Below are positions 21,301-30,883 of a stretch of DNA of 34,623 nt, piece by piece. A program made the position numbers and the translations under genes. How positions within the stretch are numbered: the stretch's first letter is position 1; every line of letters starts with the position of its first letter. Source of the DNA: Dirinaria sp. TL-2023a (Eukaryota). The notes beneath the pieces are model-generated. The model did not search any database. It was not told where the DNA came from and saw only the letters and a program-made list of their open reading frames with translations. The DNA lies in the NCBI GenBank assembly GCA_051941275.1, contig JAVEBF010000071.1, forward strand, positions 1 through 34,623, read 5' to 3'.

Positions 21301-21916
21301 CTCCAACTCCGTCTGTTTCGACTCGGGAAAAGTCACGGCCTTGGTCACTCTCCTCAAAACCTATCTCGCAAATGGCGACCGTGTCCTAATCTTCTCGCAA
21401 TTCGTCCTAGTACTCAACCTCCTCGAGCCCGTCCTGGACAGCCTCGACATCCAATACTCCCGTTTGGACGGCGGCACCGCCATCTCGACACGCCAACCTT
21501 TGATCGACGCTTTCACTGCCTCAGACCCACCCATTCCCGTCTTTCTGCTCAGCACCAAAGCGGGCGGCGCAGGCATCAACCTCGCGTGTGCGAACAAAAT
21601 CATAATCTTCGACAGCAGCTTCAACCCACAAGACGACATCCAAGCCGAGAACCGCGCGCACCGCGTCGGTCAGAAGCGAGAGGTCGAGGTCGTAAGATTG
21701 GTCAGCAAGGGTACGGTCGAGGAGCAGATCTTAGCGCTGGGGGAGACGAAGGTCGCGCTCGATGAACGCGTTGCAGGTGGTGTGGACGCACAGAGCGATA
21801 CGAAAGCTGAAAAGGAGGGCATGAAGATGGTGGAGGAGATGATGCTTCAGACGCTGAGGGCGGAGCAGGAGGCTGGGCAGGGGGCTAGGGGAACGGACCA
21901 GAAGACAAAACAGTGA
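18377..21916 (+). CDS. FUN30: SNF2-family ATP-dependent chromatin remodeller, Fun30/SMARCAD1/Fft type (intronless)
   Basis: First in-frame ATG at 18377. Motifs LKDYQIVGVNWL, ILADDMGLGKT, DEGHMLKN, LLLTGTPLQNNL, LRKASIHPLLFRRHY, FSQF, SFNPQDDIQAENRAHRVGQ; CUE-like helical segment and disordered N-terminus. Confidence 0.93.
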   Translation: MDLIEETPTKRRRLENGHAAEGRGYNSQDDSGDDLFKDHETVATVPLPGRLLTSTSTDPNPPHSSPRNHVTQPTQIIEQKSPVSGRKPSIIQVAASSPIPPSRAIATPNGTPKLSQGGTLASVMAPAGTAFRLPMGVKKPPVIDLSDDEGAMYRGGPSDEELTQDRRVDIKPSTFVHSTRDTQPKGSISRFREITAGAFYKPLESSKNPGQSSIFKGSVYDTRNRDEKQSTSRLPTTAKRSADIMANAYGGARRAPKSVQQTAPAKAQPPKDISLDEIGDFQLRTKVGRARTVFPSHSILQCKDALLKRKCNYDDALELLSTQEPQHLEIDLTTSDTEDMSTTPAKQKRDQQKAVKTPIKSIQERWTATHFQPKQSQMPVSSSPVEPPPPKPRRRLVQGRKRLSPPTTKSENSVPTAPSPSVHRQTPDSDASDSALGSEAEGDPAIMEDKVLNFFNTCSIADLEDIAAITTEIAGIIFAQKPFGSLADIRTISDNKATAGSKRKGLAKKPIGDKVVDKCIEMWTGYDAVDDLVRQCDALGRPIAEEMKRWGINAFGGSKDGELDLVALERPSPCRDSAIGTPTTIGQLSEEDDGEIKRAVTALKKPGSLSQPALMGKDVVLKDYQIVGVNWLSLLFEQNLSAILADDMGLGKTCQVIAFLAHLKEKGVKGLHLIVVPASTLENWLREFSIFCPELKVIPFYAELKEREAVREKILENVESIDAIVTTYGMAKMKDETKFLRKLSPVVCVYDEGHMLKNSESRAYAQLMRISADFRLLLTGTPLQNNLRELVSLLGFILPSVFRKHSQDLSYIFSHRAKTTDNNHAALLSEQRIARAKAMMTPFVLRRKKHQVLKYLPAKTRRIEYCELTSSQLEIYGAEKQKALKVIQNRAAGIKTGNESSNIMMALRKASIHPLLFRRHYTDDMLAKMSKDCIKEPQFAKSNPNLVYEDMEVMTDHELLNFCEQYPNTMSPFLLSNSVCFDSGKVTALVTLLKTYLANGDRVLIFSQFVLVLNLLEPVLDSLDIQYSRLDGGTAISTRQPLIDAFTASDPPIPVFLLSTKAGGAGINLACANKIIIFDSSFNPQDDIQAENRAHRVGQKREVEVVRLVSKGTVEEQILALGETKVALDERVAGGVDAQSDTKAEKEGMKMVEEMMLQTLRAEQEAGQGARGTDQKTKQ

Positions 21917-23237
21917 TATTGCACCGGTTGACGGTGTTTTCAATGTGGAAGAGAAAAAAAAGAAGGCACTAAATGTAGTCCATCCTAGATTTGCACCCAC
22001 CAAGAACGTGTGTAGCTAAGGGATCACCTCAAGATCGAAATCTGCTGCGTAGATAACGTCAATATGGAGGACTTTCCCTATGCACCTTAATTGTACGGTA
22101 ATCATTCGATAAAGGTACTCCTACAATTTTCAACGGAAAAAGTCCTTGCATAAGTCCTCCCTACAACATACAATGATTCGATTCCAATCCACTAGCTGAG
22201 TCCATGCTCATGGTTCGACTCAATTGCGTATGCGTACCAAAAGCAAGTTCCCATGACTGACGGAATTCATTTGCAACTAACGACGCAATTCCGCTATTCT
22301 TCTCCCTCCTCCCCACTCTCCCTCACTTCAACCCACTATCCTCGACCTAGATTTCTCCCCCTCATCATATTGCCTTATATGATCAGTCATTTTTCCTTTG
22401 TTGCCGTACTTTGTTTCTTCTGCCTCTCTTATTGGTATCGAAAGAGGGAGAGAAGGGGGAGAGAAAAAAAACCTGTCCATCCACCCATCTATCCGTTCGT
22501 TCATGATTTCTTTCTTTCCTTCTTTCCTTCCGAACTCCCTCCCCCCCTTTCAAAAGAAAATTTAGCCCTATAGAAGGTTCAAATAAATTACACATCTGCC
22601 CTTTTTCCAAATATCGTGGATAGATCGAACTTCGTAGGTCTCTTTTTTTTATCGTCAATTTCTTTCTAGCTGAGGAACGAAGAGAGGGGAGGGAGGAAAT
22701 ACTATTGACTGTGCTTCTGATACTCTCTCTGGTTACTCTTTACTTGGTTGGAAGATTCGCCGGTGTGTCACGGGTAATAAAAGAAATCGAATTTCTTGGA
22801 AAAGAAGGACTTTTCAACTACATATTCTTCATTTCTCCAATCTAGTTTACCTACAAAGTCTCCGCGTGCATGTCTGTCGCTATGCTTTGGAAAAAATGAA
22901 AAACAAAGGATAATCGTGAGATGCAAGAAGAAATTGTACTAGGTGGCAAGAAAGTTAAAAAGTAAGGTAGAAGGGGCTAGTTGAGTACCAGCAGTGAGAA
23001 AAGCCAAGAATGAAACTTTTTTGCCTTTCCCCCAAATCATGTACCGCAGCAACAGCAGCGCCTGTAGATATAGACCCAGGATAGAACTACACAGAAGAGC
23101 ATGGATGGATAAGCCGGAGCCGGAGGCGTTAGAGGCAGACCTTGGCGATTTGAGAGGTCAGGGAGTTTGTCGGCACTGACGTGGGACAGCAGGACTGGCA
23201 GAGCGCTCGGTGGTGCTGACTCAATTAATTTTTGGTC

Positions 23238-25101
23238 TCATGCCGGTTGAGCCTGACCGCGGCCCCTGGGTGTCATGTTCCCGCCTCTCCCACGGGGAGT
23301 ATAACCTCCTCGTCCCCCGTCCTTGGGGTATCCACCACGTCCCTGACCACCTCCGCGACCTTCGGATCCTCCTCGTCCCCCGCGCATGTTTCCTCGGGCA
23401 TTGTAGACGCTGCCATAGGCATTAGGCCGAGGACGTCGCTCCTCAACCCAGATCTGTTCCCCGCCGATATTGTATGGATTCGCAGCGACAGCGCTGTTGT
23501 AACCTGCAGGATCGGCGAACTCCACAAAGGCACAGTTCTGGAGGAGTAGTCCTGGTCAGCAACAGCCAGAATGATTGGTTTCGAAAAGGAGCATACCTTC
23601 TGGCGACTGACGTCGAAATAAGCGAGCTTGCCGTGCTCGACAAGTGCAGCTTTCAGTAGTGAGGCATCAACTTTCTCCGTCACATTCTTCACATAGCCAA
23701 GGACATTATCTTTCTCGGAATTTCCCGAGTTCGAATGCTGGCGGTTTTGTCGCTTGGTATTATCCTGTCCAGCCGTTTGCCAGCCTGCATTGCCATTAGC
23801 TTGTGGCCGGTTAGATGTATCGTCACTTGTAGATTGAGGAGGTGTGGTTTGCTTCGGCACAGCAGTCTGACTTGCTTTGGGCTGTGATGGTGTTGGTGCA
23901 GTGGAGGTCGCAGAGCCTGGTACTGCTGGTGGCAGCACGCGGTTAGCTGCCACAAGGTTCGCCCATGTTTTTGGTGGTGCAGGTTTCAATGGTGTTGCCG
24001 CGGTTTGAGCTTGGACTGGAGTAGCTTTGGCAGGCTTAGGTGGAGAAGCTACAGGAGTGGGATCAGGGTCTTTGGGCTTCTCTGTCTGAGACTCCACGAG
24101 GTCGATATCTTCTTCCACAGCTTCCCGAGGATTTTCTGCTTCTTGGTCTTTGACAGCGGCTACTGGGGCGTCATTGGCGTGATTAACCTCGGCAGCATCC
24201 AATGTTACCTCCTCAAGAGCATCTTTCCCCTCAGCAGATTCAGCACCCATTCCTTGAGAGCTCTCTTCTAGTTCCTCTTGAAGCTTCTTGTCAACTTGCT
24301 CAACATCATGCTGCTGCTGTGCAGGGTCAGCAGAGCTTGTTAGAGTTGCTATCTCGGCTTCGGGAGCTACGGTTGGGGGCGGCTCATGGACCGCTGAAGG
24401 CTCTGGCTCGGCTCGTTGTTCTTCCTCCTCCTCCTCGACAATGTATCGGAAGATATCGTTCAGCACGAAGTATCCATTGGGCTGTTCAGCCAAGACAAAT
24501 GTCTGGACGAACTTGCGATGTGGGGCGGCCTTGTTCGACATCTCACCGATGACTTGGACAACAATGTTTTTAAAGGATTCCTGGGAATCGACATTTGACA
24601 CTCGGACTTTGCAATCTGAGATGTCTAATTCTTTAATACGCTCATTGATGGCCTATTGATCGATAGCGTTAGCGACATCCCAACGCAAGGCTCAATTCGT
24701 AGCTCACACGTTGACCAACAGAAACGGAGACTTTCTCGGCTTCGACGCCGGACACGAATTGAGAGCGCTTTGAGTAGAAAAGCTAGGGTTCTTGTCAGCT
24801 ATAGTAGATTTGACTGGCGGAACCGCGCGGCTTGATGACTTACATGTAGCTTTTCGGGATTCTTGCTCAGAGTTGTGTAATACTGTTCGACGAAGTACCA
24901 TCCAACCTCGTCCTTGGGGACGCTGCTAGTCCCGTCGTTAGCAGCAGATGTGTTGGTATTAGTGGTGTTGGGCGTGGTGGCCGCTTCTGCGCTCGAGGTG
25001 CTGCCAGCCATGCTGTTCGAGGCCTGAGCTTGAGGTTGTTGTTCGCTGAGGATCTGGCCGGTGTAGTTGTTCAAGGTTCGCGAGGCGGTATCCGAGGCCA
25101 T
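23238..25101 (-). CDS. NXT3: NTF2 + RRM + RGG protein (G3BP/Bre5/Nxt3-like, Ubp3 cofactor and stress-granule protein)
   Basis: Exons 25101-24844, 24782-24708, 24652-23597, 23537-23238. NTF2 motifs EVGWYFVEQYYTTLSKNPEKLH|LFY and RKFVQTFVLAEQPNGYFVLNDIFRY; PKTWANL; RRM GYVKNV...K|NCAFVEF; RGG tail. Confidence 0.92.
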
Positions 25102-25580
25102 TCTGCTTGGTGGGGAGTGAGATCAGGTACCGCACGAGAGGGAGCGGTTGGCTTTCAAATGAAGAATTATTGAAGTAGGACACGTATTTACGCGGTCTAT
25201 GTAAGTCAAGGCAGTGGTGTATGTGTCTGTATCTAGAGATCCATTAGCTGTCAGGTAGCGCGGGACAGAGAAGCTCCGAAAATACGATTGATATTGCGTA
25301 CCAGTTCGCAAACGCTCAAAGGAAACTCGTAAATCTTGCTATATGCCTCTGCAAATATCGTGCTGGAATATTAACGCGAATTCCAATGTTTTGGAACGTG
25401 GGTATCTATGAGGGGTATATGGACGACGGCTTCGGATTGTGAGCGAATTCAGAAATGAGTACTTTGGAAGTAATTAGATTATGCGCCTAGTAAGCAGACA
25501 AGAATCCAGAAGTAAGAGACACGAGCGAGATCAAGCCTGCTTCAATGGGGGAAGAGGCTTAGGGAGTTTGCCAGAGCGAT

Positions 25581-25616
25581 AAGGTGAAGGTGAAGGTGAA
25601 GGCGAAGGCGAAGGCG
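25581..25616. repeat. Hexamer microsatellite (AAGGTG)3(AAGGCG)3
   Basis: Direct reading; lies upstream of the NTF2/RRM gene. Confidence 0.85.
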
Positions 25617-25743
25617 ACGGGGTTGAGGCCGTTTTTTGATTTGTTATTGTGTGAGGATGAGGATTTTGATGGGGAAAAGGGAAGATTTTCCGATGGGGAA
25701 AATTTTAGTGGCGGCGGAAGTGGAGGCGCCCGCCTAGAGTTGT

Positions 25744-25816
25744 GAGCTTGGGAGCCTGGAAGCCTGAGAGCCTGAGAGCCTGGAAGCCTACAGTAAGAGC
25801 CTAGGAGCCTAGGAGC
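25744..25816. repeat. Degenerate ~8-nt tandem repeat (GAGCCTRR / AAGCCT units)
   Basis: gagcttgg gagcctgg aagcctga gagcctga gagcctgg aagccta...gagcctag gagcctag gagc. Confidence 0.8.
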
Positions 25817-26522
25817 GCCGAGTTCGTACAAGTAGTGACAACGGCTCGAACGGTTTCACTGAATGGACGATTCCACTATTGGGTGCAAATCAGAGTATGG
25901 CGCCAGTTCCCCAAAAAGCAAACAAGGTGGATCAGCTTTTCATTTCCATAAAGCCATGAGCGCGTTGGAGTAAGCTTAGGTGTACATACTGTAGGGAGGG
26001 CTGGGGTTTACATCGGGCAAACAGCACGACTCACAAATTCTGCGACGCCGTGATCAAAGCCGTTTGAAAACTGGCATTAGCAAACTTGGTCGACTCGTCG
26101 CACGGTCGTTACTCGTTTCTGGAAAAGCAAGGCTTCAATTTTGGTGAAGCCAGTGCTGCACAGCGCTCATGAACGAACCATGTGCGAGCAAGTACATGAT
26201 GGCATTGCTGCGCAAAGGGGCAGTAACAGGTGTTTGCTAGCCTAGAGGCTTGTCAAGTACGCCGTGTCAGTCCTGAACATCCTGAGCCCTGGTGGCCCCC
26301 AGTCGGAATCGCCGACAGTAGACATGACGCAAACTATTGAGCTGTATATAAAGTGGTGTAAAAACAACCAACGCGCAAACAACCCAAAACGGTGCGCCGG
26401 GAAACACAAAAAAGGTCCAGCCATCAACCTCTATCGAGTATGAATCATGTACACAGCCCATGTATGCCCTTGATCTCATCGTGACCTGGTTTCGCAAAAT
26501 GTGAGAAAGCTGTCAATGCACC

Positions 26523-27054
26523 TCATGTTACAGTGGTGACCGACCTCGCCAGCCCGGCTTTCTCGTTGAGCAACTTTGGGCGGGCTTTCATCGACGCATC
26601 CTGATCTGTCATACGACGTCCTAACGCTCTTTCGACCTTGGCTCCCAAGGCCAATTTGCTGAGGTTATCCGTCTTTTCCGGAGTAGGCTGGTATCGTTGC
26701 TGCTGCAGGCGTTTGCTTTCGAGCCGGTCAAAGCCCTGCGTCCATTCCTTGATCTCTTGAAGACGAGGATCATTGCTGGTGGACGAGGTGTTGGTGGTGA
26801 CGGTTGCATCGGAAGCCGCAAGAGACGGGACGGCGCTGAATGTCGAGAATCGCTTGGATGCCCGCTTCGATGTCACCTACATTGCATGCGCTGTCAGCAA
26901 AAACAGGCTGTAGCTTGTCGTCTTTGCGGTTGGGGAATTATACAATCCAGTCGTCTTTCATACGGTGGTCGGACATGGTAAGCGGTGAAGGCAAGTTCAG
27001 ACTTACGCTGGGAGCCATAATTGGCCGCGACGAAGAATCGATTGAGCGACCCAT
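26523..27054 (-). CDS. Small (~133 aa) hypothetical protein, resembling a conserved filamentous-ascomycete family
   Basis: Exons 27054-27007 (MGRSIDSSSRPIMAPS|gtaagt) and 26876-26523 after a ...atgtag acceptor. Conserved-looking core LQQQRYQPTPEKTDNLSKLALGAKVERALGRRMTDQDA. The start could instead be the second ATG (27018). Confidence 0.75.
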
Positions 27055-28257
27055 GGTAGGAAAAGGATTCGCAGGAAAGGGGACAGCGAAGGATGCTGTG
27101 TTTGGTTTAGGCGTTTAGGCGAGTGAAGTCTCCTTGTCGAGGATTTTTGATTTGCTTGACTCGGGAAGAGAAAGATCGGCAGTGTGGAATGTTTCACCAG
27201 ATACCGAATGGGGGTGGGTAAGATATGACGTCGATGATTCGACGAGAAGATAATAAGGTAAATCACTCTATCGGCCAGCCGTCGCACACACTTGCGATGG
27301 GAGACCCGAGCAGGATGAAGGAGAGAGTGGTGCGAAGATTGGGTTTGGAGGTGCCAGAAGAGCTTACAAATCGTCGGAGTGGAAAGAGGGTCGGCGACTG
27401 GTTGTTCGTGGATCAGCCTCGAGCTCTCGACCCACTGTCGTTAGCCGCAATGCCTCTGTTGCAGACACTAGCGATGCGCCCGGAGCTGAGTGAGAGTCGA
27501 AAACCAAAAAGTTTGGGGAAGGAGGGGGGGGAAAAGAGAAATAGGGTCAGGGATATAGACGTCGAACAGGATTACGAGAGATTGGAGAAGAAGTTGTGTG
27601 GTGTCGCTACTACGAGTATCATACAACCCAAGTCTTGTGGCCTGGGATAACGCACAGTAGAGACTCGGTGCAGCATTTTCCATTCATAGCATCCACGTTT
27701 CATGCAACGTGAGCAGAAAGGAGGCGGTGGGAAAATGGGTTGGTCGAAACAACCGGCCTTGCTTCATCTGGCTTGGGCCTGCCAGGGACACCACGTGCAC
27801 ATCCCGACGATCCCTGGGTTTAGTCTTAGTCGCAAATGCCGACCACTACGGAGTACTACTGACTCCGGGATCTCCTCTACACCCCTGAATGCTGACTCTG
27901 GGGCGGGGCACCCACACAGTGGTCAGTGATACAGTTCAGGCTTCGGAGTAAGGTAGTCCCATGTTTTAAAGCAGCACGTTAAACCTAAGCAGGTTTAAGC
28001 AGACCTTGGTGTGCCACAGCCATCCCAGTGCCCACCCGACTGACCCGAGCAACCCTCCAGTAAGGTAGCTCCCCCCACTATTATTGCCGCCGCCATACTA
28101 CTGAGTAACTGATGTAACTAGGTACATCTCAACTAAGGTCACTCATTATTGTTATAGAGAATCTTGTCATAGATACCATAGCTGTGAACACAAGGGAAAC
28201 AATACCTTAAGGTAAGGTCAAAGGATCCACTCTGGTCGAAGCGATCCTGGGTGCAAG

Positions 28258-29988
28258 ATGCCCAAGGCGAAGCAGCCATTGAATGCTACAAAGAAGCGGG
28301 GTAAAATTGACAGTACGGTCTGGTCATCGGCATGGGTATACAGCGTGCAGAAATTTGACTGATGAGAAACTTGACAGAACCGAAAGTCTACAGATGATTT
28401 CCTCGCTGGTAGGGAGTATCTTGATCGCGGCTTGATATTGCATGCTGATCCGTTGACTATCTTAGTGGGCGTCGAACATGAAGAAGCGGGCGAGAAATGG
28501 CGAGCTGGCGACGCAGAAAAATCATCGCGGTTCTTTGCCAAGGCCATTGCCGACTACGATGCAGGCCTCCAAGCATTTCCCCGATCCTTCGATCTAGCAT
28601 ACAATCGGTAGGTATCCAGACCAGAAGAGATCTCAACCCGACCGTCATGTCGGGAAAGGTCCCTAACATGATATGCCAGGGCCCGACTGCAGTTTGACGT
28701 AGCCCAACAACCCCGGTTGCTGGCCCATTTACCTTTCTCGTCGGTCGACCTGCTGCAGCGCGCGTTAGAGTCTCATAGATATGCTCTGGACATTAGACAG
28801 GACAACCCGGATCTCCTATTGTACGCGCAAGTCACACCGTAGTGTACGGCTTTCATATTGTTTTCCATATTGATACCTTCTAGCAATACGGCCCAAGTCT
28901 TGACATGCCTTGTCGAGACAACTGCTGAACATAGGTGGCGGCAAGACCATCATCCTCAAGTCATCCGCCTCTTGCAAGAAGCTCTGGAGCTATTTCAGCG
29001 ATGTCTTTCATTGCAAGAATTTCAATTTACACGGATCGGAGAACAGGATGACAACTCCGCCGCGTATCATGATCGCCTTAGCGATGGTACTTCACCTAAG
29101 GAGACCCTTACGGAAAGTAGTCCTATAGAAGATGAAGAATGGGCGTTCGTCGATGAGCCTGTGACAAGAGATACCCTGATTGATACGATCCTCGCACAAT
29201 TAGAAACATTGACTACGATATGCAGCCTTGATAGTTTCGAAGCTGGCGATAATCTTGGCTGGATCGAAGAGTACTACAGCAACATGCTGAAAGACAAAAT
29301 AGAGCTCCTGACTGCTAAGACTGTTCGAGTGCAAGAAGCCAGCTTGGCAAAGGCAAAGTTCGTCGCTGCTTTTGCCGACTTGAGCTTTCACCATGGACAA
29401 CTTGATATGTTGGAATACGAGCGGGAATTAGTCGCAGCCTTCGGTCCGGTTTTGGATCTTTCCAAATCCGCCCGTGGACTCTGCGATCGCGCAGATACTG
29501 CAATAGTCTTTCAAGCCAGCATAGGGGCACCAGAGGCAACGGCACAGATGATGGCGACGGACATGACCCGCCTCAATGGGATTCGCTGGAAACACCTGAC
29601 AAGTGCAATCGAAGATCTGACAGCTGCAAGCAAGCTGCCAGATGCCGAGAATGTACCACGCATCCACCTGCGTCGCGGAGACTGTGAGCTCTTAAGATAC
29701 TGCCTTGGCAAGGGTCCCAATCCCTATGAGCCCGCTGTCAAAAGTTTGCGTACATTGATTATGAACGCCGGGGTATACTACCGCGGAGCATCTGGTCTAG
29801 CGAGGAACGCTGTTGCTGGAGCCGAGATGCGAGAGGCTTCTATCAAAGAAGCTATCGTAGCAAGTTTGTCTAGCAATCGTGAAAATTGGCAGCTCTATTC
29901 GAAAGCGCAGCACGAGGCGGTTTTGGAGGTCTTGGAAGACATGAAAGAGGAGAGCCTGCTCACTGACGAAGACATTGCAAGCCTATAA
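28258..29988 (+). CDS. All-helical TPR-like hypothetical protein (resembles UPF0656-type fungal proteins)
   Basis: Exons 28258-28317, 28378-28408, 28466-28607, 28680-28820, 28884-29988 splice in frame. GVEHEEAGEKWRAGDAEKSSRFF, FPRSFDLAYNR|ARL, QDNPDLLF|NTAQVLT, IHLRRGDCELLR. Confidence 0.82.
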
Positions 29989-30883
29989 GATGTAGTAGAT
30001 TCGTGCCAATATCCTGTAACCAAAATAAAAGGAACCCTTTGCCCTCATACCACCCTACTCACTAGATCCAGTCAGACAGATCCAAAACGATCATAACCTC
30101 CAATATACTCTCCCATGTGAAGGATCGACAATATATCCACCATCGAACGATCGTCAAATTATTTCGATTAATGTCCCTCTCACATTTCGATAACTCAGAT
30201 TTAGAGTTACAAAGTTATCTTTTTATAACATCTTTAACACTTAAGGATTTGTTGGTTTGGCAATGGTACGTTTATGATGAGTCAATCCATCGTCACTTCG
30301 TTAAACCGTATCTGCTTGAAACTCGTCATTCTGTGAAATCGCGAGAACAGAACTATGTTATACTGAAGTAGCAAGGAGTTGAAGGCATTGGTAGGTGAGG
30401 AGAATGATGTGGCAGCAGAGTAAGGTTGGGGGGGCGGCAACGGGACCCAAACAAAAAACGTCCCATATTCAGCCTATGTGATCATGCAAGCAAGAGAACC
30501 AGCGGGACGAGAGCGCTGAGGCAAAGATACGTCGCTCAGACTATGAGCATACAGATTGCAGAAGAGCTCTGGTGGCCAGGACCAAGCCTATGCCTACTGT
30601 CAAGTCACCAAGTTGCAAAGGGAAACCACATCGAAATGGCAATGCACGCAAATAGTTCCAGTCTAAAAATTTTCAAATTCTTTGTAGCACAGTAGCCCGG
30701 ATTTCGAGGTCAGCCGCGACCTGTAGAATGTAGACTTACCATGCTACGCATCGTCTCCGCCACGAGGAAAATCCAAAAACAAAAGTCAAGAACCGTAAGC
30801 AAGTTTTCGTGATGAAGAATTGGAAGTATGTGCCACCAATGTTCACAATGTAATCAGCGTGTTCCCGGGGCATGCCTCTTAGG

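Noticed and set aside
25744..25816. CRISPR-like or telomeric array
   Set aside because: Units are 8 nt without spacers and are not TTAGGG; this is a simple fungal minisatellite.
29977..29988. C-terminal ASL of the TPR-like protein as a PTS1
   Set aside because: Non-canonical tripeptide preceded by acidic residues, an unfavourable context.
30274..30366. Possible box C/D snoRNA (ATGATGA ... CTGA, ~93 nt apart)
   Set aside because: No terminal stem, and I cannot match the sequence before box D to rRNA or snRNA; such boxes arise by chance in AT-rich DNA. A snoscan run would settle it.
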